From assembly GCA_964016885.1 (NCBI GenBank), contig OZ024743.1, positions 163,122,001 through 163,186,000 on the forward strand: DNA of 64,000 nucleotides, given 5' to 3'. This DNA is from Eledone cirrhosa (Eukaryota). Position numbers and translations under genes: made by a program. Below, piece by piece: positions 49,568-64,000 of the stretch (its first letter is position 1; every line of letters begins with the position of its first letter). The notes under the pieces were generated by a model, which was not told the DNA's origin, did not search any database, and saw nothing but the letters and a program-made list of their open reading frames with translations.

Positions 49568-51148
49568 TTTATAAATAATACTCTACACAGAAAAATACCG
49601 GAGATGACCGGAGGTTTATATCGCGACGACATGCTATTACTTATCGAAAATAATAACTGTGAATTAAATAGGAAAAGAAAAGAAATTATACAATTTTTTA
49701 ATTACCTTAATCTTAAAGTAGAAATAGAGAATAATTATAAAATAGTTAACTTTCTAGATGTAACCTTAAACCTTAACACATGTCTTCATTATCCATTTCA
49801 CAAATTAAACGAGAACTTAAACTACGTTAATTTTAACTCTAATCACTCCAGATCCGTTAAAAATACTATAGTAAATTCTGTACAGCAACGCATTTCTAGA
49901 ATTTCAGCTAATAAGAATATTTTTGATGATAAAGCACAATATTACAACAAAGTGTTAGGTAGAGCTGGATATAGTAATAAAATTAAATATATTGATAATA
50001 ATAATATAACAACTAACCATAATTTTAACAACTATAAAAGAAAACCTTACAATAATTCGAAAAACAAAAAAAAATAGAACTAGGAATATATTATGGTTCG
50101 CTCCTCCTTTCTCCTCATTAAATATTAAAACTCCTATTGCTAAACTATTCTTTAAAGCTCTTGACAAATGCTTCCTTAGAACACATAGATATTACTCAAT
50201 ATTTAATAGACATACTATAAAATTAACTTATTCAACCACGAGTAATTTAGCGCAGAATATTAATAGAATTAATAATAGAAACTTAAAACCTAACCAGAAT
50301 ACCATTAACAACCTCAGCAATATCCAATTTAATAATACGGCTCCTAGTAACTTGAATTTTGGTAAATGTAACTGTAGAAATAAATATAACTGTCCGTTAA
50401 ATAACAATTGTTTAGCTAAAAATATAGTATATAATTGTAATGTAAAAACTAATTTAAATTCATTTAATTATGTAGGGTCAACTTCCACAGATTCTAAATC
50501 TTGCTTTAATAACCATAAATGCTCTTTTACGAATATAAATAAAAAATCTTCAACTTCTCTATCTAGCTTAATATGGGCCCTAAAATTAAAGAACATTAAC
50601 TATTCTTTACTTTGGAATATTATTTCCAAACTGCTCCATTTAACGCCTCTTCGGAAAATTGTGCTCTTTGTATAGAGGAAATATTCTTTATATTAAAAAG
50701 CAAAAATTCTGTGAATTTAAGGAACAATCTTTTCAGTTGCTGCAAACATAGATTAAATTCAACGTTTAAATATAAATTTAAAATGTAATATATAACTGAT
50801 CTTATTAAACCTATCGATAAATCATTAGATTCCTTCATACGATTGCCAAAAACTCTCTTAAATGAAAACATTTTTCCTAAAAATTTTTTTCCTTGGAAAT
50901 TTTTTCCTTAAAAGTTTTCCTTGAAAATTCTTCTAGATAAACATACTGAAAGTTTTTTTTTAAATTGGGTATAAAAAATTAAGATAAACACTGAAAGTTT
51001 AAAAAAAAAAATTTTTTTTTGTTAATTCCTCTGATGGATAGAAAAAAATAAAAAATTATAATTCATATTTTATACTGGGTTTTTCTATATATTCTTATAT
51101 ATATTTTTAAAATTATATTGCTTAAAAATTACATATTTTTGGAATTAT

Positions 51149-51225
51149 ATTGCTTAAAAATTACATTGCTTAAAAATTACATTGCTTAAAAATTACATTG
51201 CTTAAAAATTACATTGCTTAAAAAT
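51149..51225 (+). repeat. 16-bp tandem repeat ATTGCTTAAAAATTAC, about 5 copies
   Basis: Direct reading. Confidence 0.9.
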
Positions 51226-51507
51226 ATAATTCCTTTTAAAATTATATAATTATATCTTTTTTAAAAATTGTAATTCCTTTTAAAATGATAATCCTTTTTA
51301 AATTATAACTCATTTTATTTTATTTTATATTATGTATTTTCTATTTATATATATATGTATATGTGTATATGTATGTGTGTATATGTATGTATATATATAT
51401 ATATGTGTGTGTGTGTGTATATATGCGTATGTATGCATGTATGTGTGTCTGTATATATATATATATTGAAATGTATAATTTGGATACATTCTAAGAATGA
51501 ACTCATA

Positions 51508-51563
51508 TGCGGTGCCCCAGCATGGCCTCAGCCGGATGGCTGAAACAGGTAAAAGAGTAAAAG
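51508..51563 (+). mobile_element. Probable SINE 3' tail fragment
   Basis: GCGGTGCCCCAGCATGGCC..CTGAAACAGGTAAAAGAGTAAAAG. Confidence 0.5.
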
Positions 51564-52496
51564 GTCTCTTACGGTTTAGATATATTCTTATGGAAAACTT
51601 TAAACATTAAGACGTTATAGTAAACAAACTTACATTTTAACACAGTCACAACTGTATAACAGGTAGATTTATAAAATATATAAAATTTATAAAATTATAA
51701 CTTACTATAAAATAATATAAGGTTCTCTTATAATCTTAACTTTTTTTATCATCTTAACTTTTATAACATTTAATCCATAGAGGTATCTAAATTACAAATA
51801 AATCAATAAATTTTCCAACACGCTGTATTGCTATTACTAAGAAGAGATTTTTCTTCGGTAAAATCTCTGAACATTCCTATATTTTAAACATATATTTTGC
51901 TATTTCTTATAAGTTTTATTGTTAATTGAAAAATTAATAATTAATTGTTGGTTGATGATTAATAAAAAATATATGTAAGGTTATGTAATAATAACATATA
52001 TGTTGATAGTATATATATATGTGTGTATATATATTCTTTTAATTATATATTTTTTTAATAATATATGGATCTCAATTTTTAATTTATAGATCTCAATAAT
52101 TTAATCAAATTTAAACATTAGATAAAATTCTCCGGTTATTACTATTTATTTATTTATTTATCCACGCTTTATTTAATTCGCGTAATTCATCCACTATATA
52201 TTTATCTTTTCGCTTCATCATCTCATAAAATTACTTTAATACAACACTCTCACTTGGGGTTTTCTCTCTTTCTCTTTCTTTTCTTTTGTTTTTCTTTCAT
52301 TCTTTCTTTTTCCTTTTCTTTTTTCCCCTATTCCAACGGCTTAATTTAAATGTATGGGATTTAAACCTTTCCGACACTAATTTACATAATAGACCAATAA
52401 TAAAATTAGTAACCCCACTATCCGGGAGCTTCCAACCGACATGGTCGCATTCTTTAAGGGTATGTCAATATTTGTTTATAAAACTGATCTATATTA

Positions 52497-52561
52497 TATT
52501 TTATCTGATGAAAGCGCACCATAATTTGCTTTGGTGTCTTTGAAATATGTATAATGAAATA
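52497..52561 (+). ncRNA. Type I hammerhead at PLE 3' end
   Basis: TATTTTAT-CTGATGA-AAGcGCACCA..TGGTGTCTTt-GAA-ATATGTAT-A-ATGAAATA. Confidence 0.83.
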
Positions 52562-52607
52562 AATATGGTTTTATAAATAGTTTCCATTTGTTAATATATT
52601 GTATATA

Positions 52608-55270
52608 TCATCATCATCATCATCATCATCAACGTTTAACGTCCGTGTTCCACGCTTGCATGGGTTTGGACGGGGGTTTTCCCACTTGAGGCAAGAGTGA
52701 TTGTCTTGCTCGCATAGGACTGTCTGGCAGGTTTTCTACAGTTGGATGCCCTTCCTAACACCAACCACATTTACAGTGTGGGTCTGGGAGGTTTTTACCG
52801 TGTTGCCTACACGGCCACATTACAGCGTGGACTGTGTGTTTTTTTGGCGTGACACCTACACGATCTCATTTGTTTCGGCCTGGATGGTGTGGCACCAACA
52901 TAACTTTACATAGAAGAGGGCGGTGTGGATGGGGTGGGGGTGGGGTGTAGTAGGTTTTACTTTGTAGTTAGGTAAGGCGGGTCTTCTCTATTACTGAGTA
53001 CCGCCAAAGGTCTCGGTCCAGTGACATTGTCTTGGTGAGGTGTAAGTGTGTGAGGTCGGAGTTTATCAGCTCGTCCCAGGTTTTTCTGGGTCTGCCTATT
53101 CCGTGGCTACCGTCTATCTTTATTGCCCTGCACTTTGTTATACAGCTATCGTCCTTCATACGCATCACGTGACCATACCAACGTAGCCTTCTCTCGAGTA
53201 AACAACATCTGATCCCTCTTATTTCTAATTTTTTCCTTAGTTCGTTTATGCTTTGTCGTTCACGTATATTACTATTACACATCCAGCGGAGCATGCAAGC
53301 TTCGTTTCTCTCTAGTCTGCGTATATCTTCTGCACACAATGCCCAGGTCTCACTGCCATGCAACATTGCTGTTCGTATGCAGGCATCGTACAACCTGCCT
53401 TTCATTTTTAGAGAGAACCCTTTAGCGGCTAATAGTGGTATAAGCTCTCTGAACTTTTTCCACCCAGTTCTGACTCTAGCTACTGTACTTTCAGAGCACC
53501 CTCCCCCACTGCTGATTTTGTCACCCAGGTAACGGAAGCTGTCCACTATTTCTATAGAACCCTCTGCGCAGTTGAAAGAGCTAGTATTTTGTGGGCACTT
53601 GCTGCTACTTATTGCCCCAGAACACCGGCCACATGTAAAATCTATGTTCTTAGTTAGCTTACCTGTGATCCCACTACATCTTTTATGCACCCAAACTTTG
53701 CATCTGGGACACAAAATGGAATTTCTACCTACGCCTTTCCTACACTCTGCGCATGGCCACTTCCCGGAGGGGACCGCCGCCTTATTTTCTTTCTTACAAA
53801 CTAGAACTTTAGTCTTAGCCAGGTTAATTTTAAGGCCTTTTGATTCTAGGCCGTGCTTCCATGTTTGGAATTTCTTCTCTAGCTCGGCCATTGATTCAGC
53901 TATGAGCGTTAGATCATCTGCGTATAGGAGTTCCCATGGGCAGCCGGTCTTGAACTCCACTGTTATAGCCTGGAGGGCAATAATAAATAGTAGGGGGCTA
54001 AGAACAGAGCCCTGATGAACACCAACTTTTACACTAAACTCTTCACTATATTCGTTGTTAATTCTAACCTTGCTGACTGTATCTTTATGCATGGCTTGTA
54101 TAGCTCTCACAAGCCAATCAACACCTAGTTTTCTAAGAGCCCACCAGATAATGGAACGGGGGACTCTGTCGAAGGCCTTCTCCAAGTCGACGAAAGCTAA
54201 GTATAGGGGTTTACTTTTAGCTAGGTACTTCTCCTGTAGTTGTCGTACAATGAAAAGAGCGTCTGTGGTACTTTTTCCTGACACAAACCCGAACTGCATT
54301 TCATCTAGATCAATTCGCTCTCTGATTAGTTGCGCTATTACTTTTTCCGTGACCTTCATGACCTGGTCGATTAATTTAATGCCTCTATAGTTACTCCTAT
54401 CTAGGGCATCTCCTTTACCCTTATAACAGTTAACGATGATGCTGCTACGCCAGTCCTTCGGAACAACCCCATGCTGTATGACTTGGTTGACTATCCGGGT
54501 GACCATGGTGTGTCCCACCGTACCAGATGCCTTCAGCATCTCGGCAACTATTTACGAAGGCCCAGCCGCCTTGCCCGTCTTCATATCTTTGATTGCCTTA
54601 CTTATTATACTACCCTCGACTAACACTGCTGGTCGCTCTATTGGGTCGATGTGGGGGAGACTGTCTTTCTCCCATTTATTCTCCTCATTTAGTAGCCTTT
54701 CATAGTGACACTTCCAAGCTACCTTCTTATCGGCGTCGGTGATGGCAAGTACGCCGTCATCGTTAAGTACACACTTCTCCCCGACAATATCACTGTTTTC
54801 CTTGACACATTGCCTAGCAATCCTGAACACCTCACGTTTTTGGTCCTCGCGTTGTAGAACATGCTTGAACTTTCTTTCCTCTGCTTCCCTTCTTGCGAAG
54901 TACACTTGTCTCCTAGCTTCCCTCCTGGCCACTTGATAGTCTTCTCTGCTTCCCCCATCCCGCCATACTTTCCAAGCCTGCTTTTTGGCCTTAATTGACC
55001 CCTCCACCTTACTGTTCCACCACCATGTTACTCTCCTCCTGCCCACAGGCCTGCTCCAGCCACAGACTTCGTCTGCCGCCGTCAGCAGGTTTGCTTTCAG
55101 GAATTCCCACTGTTCCTCTACCTTGTACGACTCTAATTGCTCTTCCTTACTGTCGAAAGCATCAAGTAATATGCTTTGGAATTTATTTTTGGCTGTGGGG
55201 TCCTTTAGCTTCCATATTTTTCTCCTGAGGATAGTCCTCTTCTGTTGTCTAGTACGTCTCGTCCTGACTA
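52608..55270 (-). mobile_element. 5'-truncated RTE-clade LINE, RT frame 52968-54539 open, frameshift at ~54545, (GAT)n tail
   Basis: FVDLEKAFDRVP, VHQGSVLSPLLF, LLYADD, C4HC3 finger, GRPRKTW. Confidence 0.93.
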
Positions 55271-55311
55271 TTATATATGTATATATATATATGCATATAT
55301 ATATATACATA

Positions 55312-55408
<97 letters not shown>

Positions 55409-55409
55409 A

Positions 55410-58400
55410 AAACGGACGAAATTGGTCTGAAAATGAAATTGACCTCTTAATAAACACACGGTTTTCTCTGTCCCAAACAATAAACATTAACGCGTCGTGT
55501 CTGAATAAAATTGCTGAAAAAACAGCTCAAATATTTAACACGAGGTCTGCTAAGCAGATACACAACAAACTAAATCATGTAGAAGTCTCTTTCAAACTAA
55601 TTCAAAACCATTTTCCAAAACTTCGATATATTTACTCCAATGGACAAACACAACAACAGCAACAACAACAGCCACAACAACAACAGCCACAACAACAACA
55701 ACAGCCACAACAACAACAACAGCCAGAAAATCAGGAGCAACCACTACTGAATTCAAGCATAATAGCTGAATTACTAAATGACAGTATCCCTCAGCCACTC
55801 ACTCAGCCATCAATATCGCCATCACCATCACCACCGTCACCATCTTCTGCCACATCAACATCTTCTCCACATCAACTGCTAGTAATGGACCACTGCTCTC
55901 TCTCCCACCACAGTTGTCATCATCATCATCACCACTAATGGTTTCTTCCACCACATCACCACCACAACCATGCCATAGTCAAAAGAATCTTTAAAAAAAA
56001 TCTATTGAGCTGTATGCACCTCCCACTACACATACTAGAAACCCCCAAATATGCCGCTACTCACTACGTCAGAGGCTATGCACACGTAGCGACTGCATAT
56101 TTACCCATTTACTGGGTACTAGGCGCACTAACACTGCCAGCCAACACCAAAGCACGTATAGGTCGCAGTCCCAAAATCTGCCAACATTCCCAACGTGAGA
56201 GGCTATGTCTGCTGACTAACTGTCCCTTCACTCATCTTCCTGGGACACAACGCACGAACAGAAAAGGGGCTCCATGCCAACCCACAAACCACAATAAAGC
56301 CACCCCCTGCTGCGGTAATGCTGCTCCAGTCTCCTCACAATGACATGATTACAACAACAAAAACAACAAAAGTAATGCTGCTCCAGTCTTTTCACAAAGA
56401 CACGATTACAACAACAACAAAAATAAGGCTGCTCCAGTCTTTTCACAAAGACACAATTACAACAAATACAACAACAACAACAAAAGAGGGAACTGCAACC
56501 CTATCCAATGTTGTAACCACAATTCCAATCAAAAAATGCTCCCTGAACAAAAAAATCTTTCTTTTTTAGCCATGAACCTGGCAAAAGAGATAGAGAAAAA
56601 CATTTTAGCCATCACCCAACACCATCCTTGCTGTCACTAACACACAATTACAAAACAAGCCCCCTTCAACAGTCAAAACCAGCCACCACACTAGCCTCGA
56701 CATTCTTACTCAATACACAAGGTATCAGCCCATCCATCAATGCACAGAAATGGAAGATCCAATTCATTGAGGATTGAAATTAAATACAATTCAGCAGTAG
56801 GCCCCGACAGGTTCCCTGCTTGTGTCCTGAAGGTGTGTCGACACCAACTTGCATCTCCTCTTGCTAATCTGTGGAGGAACTCACTAGACACTGGCTATAT
56901 TCCTGAAAACTTTCTGTCCCAGTCCATTGTCCCAGTCTTCAAAAAGGGAAATAAGTCCCTTGCAGTGAACTACCGTCCGATCTCACTCACCTCTCATATT
57001 ATCAAGGTATTTGAGAGGGTGGTGAGATCCCGAATAACCTACTTTCTTGAAAGCAACGGCCTGCTGAACTCCAACCAACATGGGTTCCATAATGGAAGGG
57101 ACTGCCTAACGCAGCTCCTGCATCACTTTGACAATGTTTTGAGAGCCTTGGTAGAGGGCTCCAACACTGATGTCATCTACCTTGATTTCAGCAAGGCCTT
57201 TGACAGGGTTGATCATAAGATTCTACTGAAAAAACTATCCAATGTTGGTGTCTCTGGAAGGTTACTACAGTGGATCAAATGTTTCCTGACAGACAGAACC
57301 CAGCATGTTGTAGTCGAAGGAGTAAAATCAAGCCCTGCCAAAGTCAGCAGTGGCGTCCCACAAAGCATTGTGTTGGGCCCACTTCTTTTCATCATCTACA
57401 TTAATGACATTACTGACATCATCAAGCACAGCAACATTAGAATCTTCGCAAATGATTCCAAGCTCAAAAGGGTCATCAATGAGGTGGGTGACCGGACTTG
57501 CCTTCAGTCAGACCTACTGGCTGTTATCCAATGGGCAGAAAAGAATAATATGCTGTTGAATGAGGATAAATTTGAATTAATCCACTTTGAAAAAAAGGAT
57601 GCCCTGAAACTACCATACTCTCTTCCTTCGGGTGAAACTCTAGTGGCATCCAACAACATCAGTGACCTGGGAGTAATTGTGGACAACAACATAAGCTGGG
57701 CCACTCATATAAACAGCAAAGTTGGTATGGCCCGCAGAATGTGTTCCTGGATTCTCATAACTTTCCAGTCGAGAGAAATCCACACTGTTATCCTTCTCTT
57801 CTCCACTTTTGCCCGACCCCACCTTGAATACTGTTGTCCACTGTGGTCACCCCACACGAAACAAAGTATCATGAAAGTTGAAGCACCCCCAAAGGTCAAT
57901 TACAAAAAAGATAGATGGCATGACAGGCTTTGACTATTGGAGTCGATTAGAAAAGCTCAAACTTTATTCTCTTCAACGTCGACGTGAGCGCTACATTATC
58001 TGTATGATGTGGAAAATATTCCATCAGCTTTGCCCAAATGATGTTGGCATCACCTTTAGTGTACACCCAAGGCTTGGGCCCCGTGCTATCCGTCCACGAC
58101 AAAAATCTCACTCGCCTCACATAACAACAATACGGCACAATTATTTCACCTCAATTGGCCCTGCACTCTTTAACATTACACAAAACACATCAAAGCAGAG
58201 ATAGGCCCCATCAAGTTCAAGAAGTGTTTGGATAAATCCCTTCAAGAAATCTCGGATAAGCCTCCTACACCCGGATAAGCCTCCGTAAACAATAACTCTC
58301 TGCTCGAGTGGGCCATGGTGCCCAAACACTGATTTGTAAGACTTCGCCAGGTGGTGCTATTAAGTTAGACATGGCCTGGGCCAATACTGGCCGAAACCTA

Positions 58401-58420
58401 TCAAAGTTATCAAAGTTAAG

Positions 58421-58422
<2 letters not shown>
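55410..58422 (+). mobile_element. CR1/L2-like LINE, decayed and internally deleted: ORF1-like Cys/His remnants, RT 56740-58204, AAAGTTATC-repeat tail
   Basis: NYRPISLTS, YLDFSKAFDRVDH, GVPQSIVLGPLLF, FAND (mutated FADD), RPHLEYCCPLWSP. Confidence 0.85.
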
Positions 58423-58483
<61 letters not shown>

Positions 58484-58780
58484 TATACACACATACAAAC
58501 ACACACACACATATATGTATATATATATATATAAATAAATATATATACATATATATATATATACATACATACATACATATACACACATCCACGTACATAC
58601 ACATACAAAAACATACAATTAATTAGATAAAAATCATAGGTACATAACCCACGTACATACGTACACACGCGCGCGCGCTCACACGCACGCAATAAAAAAT
58701 CAACACACGCATACATAAAAACATATATACGTAAATCCATACACACATATATACACATATATACAAAAACACATACATAG

Positions 58781-58820
<40 letters not shown>

Positions 58821-59116
58821 GATATATTATGATATATTGCTCTGATTATTTAATTTATTAATTCTTCATTGAGCCACAACGTAACCGGTTGCAACATATA
58901 TATCTATGACTTTATGTATATGTAAATCTTTATATTTAATAATCTCCTGTTTGGTTGAGATACAATTGGACGATATTGGGCTGCGCTTTCTAGCAACAAG
59001 CCTACCCGCCGTAAGCAACTAATCACATTCTTTCTAACTTGACCACTGCCACGTCACGATTCTTAGCCATTTTTGGCGCGATCACTTTGGAAAATCAAAT
59101 GTCTAATTTTGAGTTT

Positions 59117-59193
59117 TCTCCTGATGAGTCTGTTACTCTGGATATATCTTGATAATTGGATGTCTAAAAATACGGACGAAACCATGGTAGAGA
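59117..59193 (+). ncRNA. Type I hammerhead in non-coding island 58820-59470
   Basis: TCTC-CTGATGA-GTCTGT..ACGGAC-GAA-ACCATGGT-A-GAGA. Confidence 0.9.
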
Positions 59194-59527
59194 TATAATT
59201 ACGGTATGTACACATTTCTTCTAAGTTTGAATTTACACCTAATTGTGTATGGTTGACGGTATATTTAGTCAGTTTCTACATGCTGTTGAAATGTTGGATA
59301 AATACTCTATTGGGGTCACCGCGAAGAGGTCGCTTTCGGTTATTTGTCGGAAATTTCTTCATAGGAGCCTTTATTCTTATAGCCTGGTCTAATTGATTTT
59401 TTATATGGTTAATTATGCTAATTGGGAGAGGAAATGGTATATATTTTATCTAATAATTCTAAGGACATGATCTATGATATATATATATATATATATACAT
59501 ATACACATGTACACACATATACACACA

Positions 59528-59562
<35 letters not shown>

Positions 59563-59859
59563 CTATACATATACATACACACACAAAAATACATGCATGC
59601 ATACATACACGTGCGTGTGTGTGTGTATAAACATATAGGCAGACAAACTAAAAATACACACACTCGCAGGTGGGAGTATAAAAAGGGGGGGGGGGTACCA
59701 AAAAATGAAAAGGTATACTCACAGATCAATACGCAAAAAAAAATTTAAATTCGCAAACACAAAAAAATTAATATGAAATGCGAATACAAATGGAATAAAC
59801 AAGTTTCGCGAAAATCGGAGGATGGGTTCCCGAGATATGGGGTTTTTCCGGGTACCTTC

Positions 59860-61100
59860 ATAAACAGACAGAGAGAAGGATAGAGAGAAAGAGATAGTGG
59901 TTGTTAGAGAGTAGATTGAAAGAGAGAGACATAGAGAGAGGGAGAGGAGACAGAGAAGGAGAATGGAAGAGAGAAGGCTGGTGGTGTTGTGTGTATATAT
60001 ATATGTGTGTGTGTGTGTCTATGACCAGTGTATATAGATCACAGACACATACATATATATGTATACACACACATTTATACATATACATACACACATGTAT
60101 ATGTATGGGCCTTCCAGTTTCATTAACTATTTTAAAATTATTCTTAAGTGAACATGATTTTTTAAAAATATTTTGAAGTGAACATGACCCAACAGGTCAC
60201 GATGGTCTAGTATACTACTAAAAGTTTGTCATTGCTTGCTTGTTTGCTTGCTTGCTTGTCTGTAATGTAATACAGCCAAAAAGGGCCCATATCTCGGGAA
60301 CCCATGTACCGATTTACGTGAAACTTGTTTTATTCCATTTGTATTCCCATTTCAGGGTCAACTTCCTTTCAAAGTATTTTCCCATTATGTCCCTTTTGGC
60401 TGTATTACATTACAGACAAGCAAGCAATTACAGCGTTTTAGTAGTATACTAGACCACTGGTGACCTGTTGGGTCATGTTCACTTCAAAATATGTTTTTTA
60501 AATCATGTTCACTTAAAAATAATTTTTAAATAATTAAAATATACACAGAGATGTATATAATGTGAAATGAAATTGGAAGGCCCATATATATATATATGTG
60601 TTTGTATGTATATATATATATATATAAATGTGTATGTTTGTATAAATATACATATATGTATGTGTGTGTGTATATATATGTGGGTGTCTATATATACTGG
60701 TCATAGACTCACACACACATATATATACACACACACTCACATATACATTCATAAATAGAGTGAGAGAAAGAGAAAAAGAGATAGTGGTTGTAAGAGAGTA
60801 GTTTGAAAGAGAGACAGAGAGAGAGAAGGAGAATGGAAGAGAGAGAGATAGAGCTGGTGGTGGTGTTGTTGTGTATGTATATATGTGTGTGTCTATGACC
60901 AGTGTATATAGATCACAGACACACATATATATACACACACATACATATATATATGTATACACACACATACATTTATATATATACATAAACACACGTATAT
61001 ATATATATATATATATATTGGCCTTCCAGTTTCATTTCACATTATATACATGTCTGTGTATATTTTAATTATTTAAAAATTATCTCCATATCTTGGGAAC
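59860..61100. repeat. Composite of nested direct and inverted duplications (fold-back/Helitron-like)
   Basis: IR 60123-60250 / 60415-60535; IR 60530-60720 / 60880-61082; direct 59880-60125 / 60770-61037. Confidence 0.7.
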
Positions 61101-61114
61101 AGGAGAGAATGCAG

Positions 61115-62665
<1,551 letters not shown>

Positions 62666-62666
62666 C

Positions 62667-62745
<79 letters not shown>

Positions 62746-62899
62746 GTATATACATATATATACATATATATATACACATCCACAAACATACAAATACATA
62801 CATATATATATATAGATAGATAAAAATCGTAGGTACATAACCCACGTACATACGTACACACACGCGCGCACACACACGCAATCAAAAAATCAGCACACG

Positions 62900-62977
<78 letters not shown>

Positions 62978-63096
62978 TTCTAATGAATGAAACAGTTCTA
63001 GTCCTGTAGAATCTCATCTATATTAAAACTTTTATACTCTGCTATGTATTGAGTACCTTACTTACTGTGGTTACCTCCGATTCAACCCGGAATAAC

Positions 63097-63220
<124 letters not shown>

Positions 63221-63615
63221 CTAATATATATTTGTGAAATGGGCGGTGGTTTAAATTCAAATGTGCACGGTTAAATGGTAGTAGACGTGGTCGGACTGAC
63301 ATGAAAATTTACACACCTATGTAAAAAGTGCCAAGGAAGCAAATAGAAGAGGTTTCAAATCTCTAACTTGAAAAATGTGGTCCCTGGGGCCCCAAAACTA
63401 TCGCGTTCGGTGAGTTATTCCCCTGTTCTAATACTTTTGTCTTATTTACAATTTCATCATCCTTCTACATTTAACGATCATACAGTACCGTTTTATGAAA
63501 TCGATTCTGCAGTACGGTCACTGTTTTCCATCAAAAGAAATAAAACCCTTGGCGATACTTGGTTTTAGTGTCCTAAATTATCATCATCGACATTCAATTA
63601 TTAGCTCCACCCACT

Positions 63616-63881
63616 ACACGATACGTCACGAAGGTAAATGTTTCGAAAAAATTTTAAACTGTATATCGCAACAATATATTGTTTAAAGAAATTTTTTTTC
63701 TGTTAAAAACTGTAAATAAATATTCATGTAAAAATGAAGCATAGTGTTTCGGTTAAATACACTTTTTTTTAACAGATTTACAGTTTTAAACAACAGAAAA
63801 AAAATTTCTTTAAACAATATATTGTTGCGATATACAGTTTAAAATTTTTTCGAAACATTTACCTTCGTGACGTATCGTGTG
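63616..63881. repeat. Near-perfect ~100-bp inverted repeat with sub-repeats (fold-back/MITE-like); region continues past window end
   Basis: 63616-63717 vs 63777-63881; ATGAAGCATAGTGTTTCGGT repeated. Confidence 0.8.
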
Positions 63882-64000
63882 TTTAAAAAAAAATGTATTT
63901 CGCAGCAATTTTTTTTCTGTTAAAAACTGTAAAAATGAAGCATGTAAAAATGAAACAAAAATGAAGCATAGTGTTTCGGTAAAAACTTAAAAACTGTAAA

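Larger units (their letters stand above)
49570..52603 (+). mobile_element. 5'-truncated decayed PLE (RT-EN to ~50790, long AT-rich 3' region, pLTR)
   Basis: GGLYRDD, NFLDVTLNL, KCNCRNKYNCPLNNNC, IVYNCNV..YVGST. Confidence 0.85.

Noticed and set aside
51149-51225. Short regular repeats as a CRISPR array
   Set aside because: No spacers; simple 16-bp minisatellite in eukaryotic context

Overview
AT-rich eukaryotic (animal) repeat region with no recognisable host gene. The SINE and LINE types and the extreme (TA)n load suggest an octopus-like cephalopod (inference). The window is a mosaic of mobile-element islands separated by (TA)n/(CA)n microsatellites. It holds at least 8 Penelope-like retroelement (PLE) copies (RT + C-terminal GIY-YIG), one apparently intact with near-identical direct and inverted pseudo-LTRs (23704-28490). 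It also holds 3-4 RTE-clade LINEs with an embedded PHD-type finger, a CR1/L2-like LINE, tRNA-derived SINEs and Helitron derivatives. The main hidden signal, read by eye on both strands, is about 30 type I hammerhead ribozyme (HHR) motifs (CYGANGA-stem II-GAAA-stem III-UH-stem I). Many lie in small non-coding, partially tandem units of about 390-1000 nt that look like retrozymes (ribozyme-bounded, possibly circular RNAs mobilised by PLEs). Most have a family-specific palindromic stem III, and some have a U3-A8 compensatory core. Nearly all YI/IY/CV-repeat ORFs in the track are microsatellite artefacts. Element boundaries and ribozyme folds were estimated manually.
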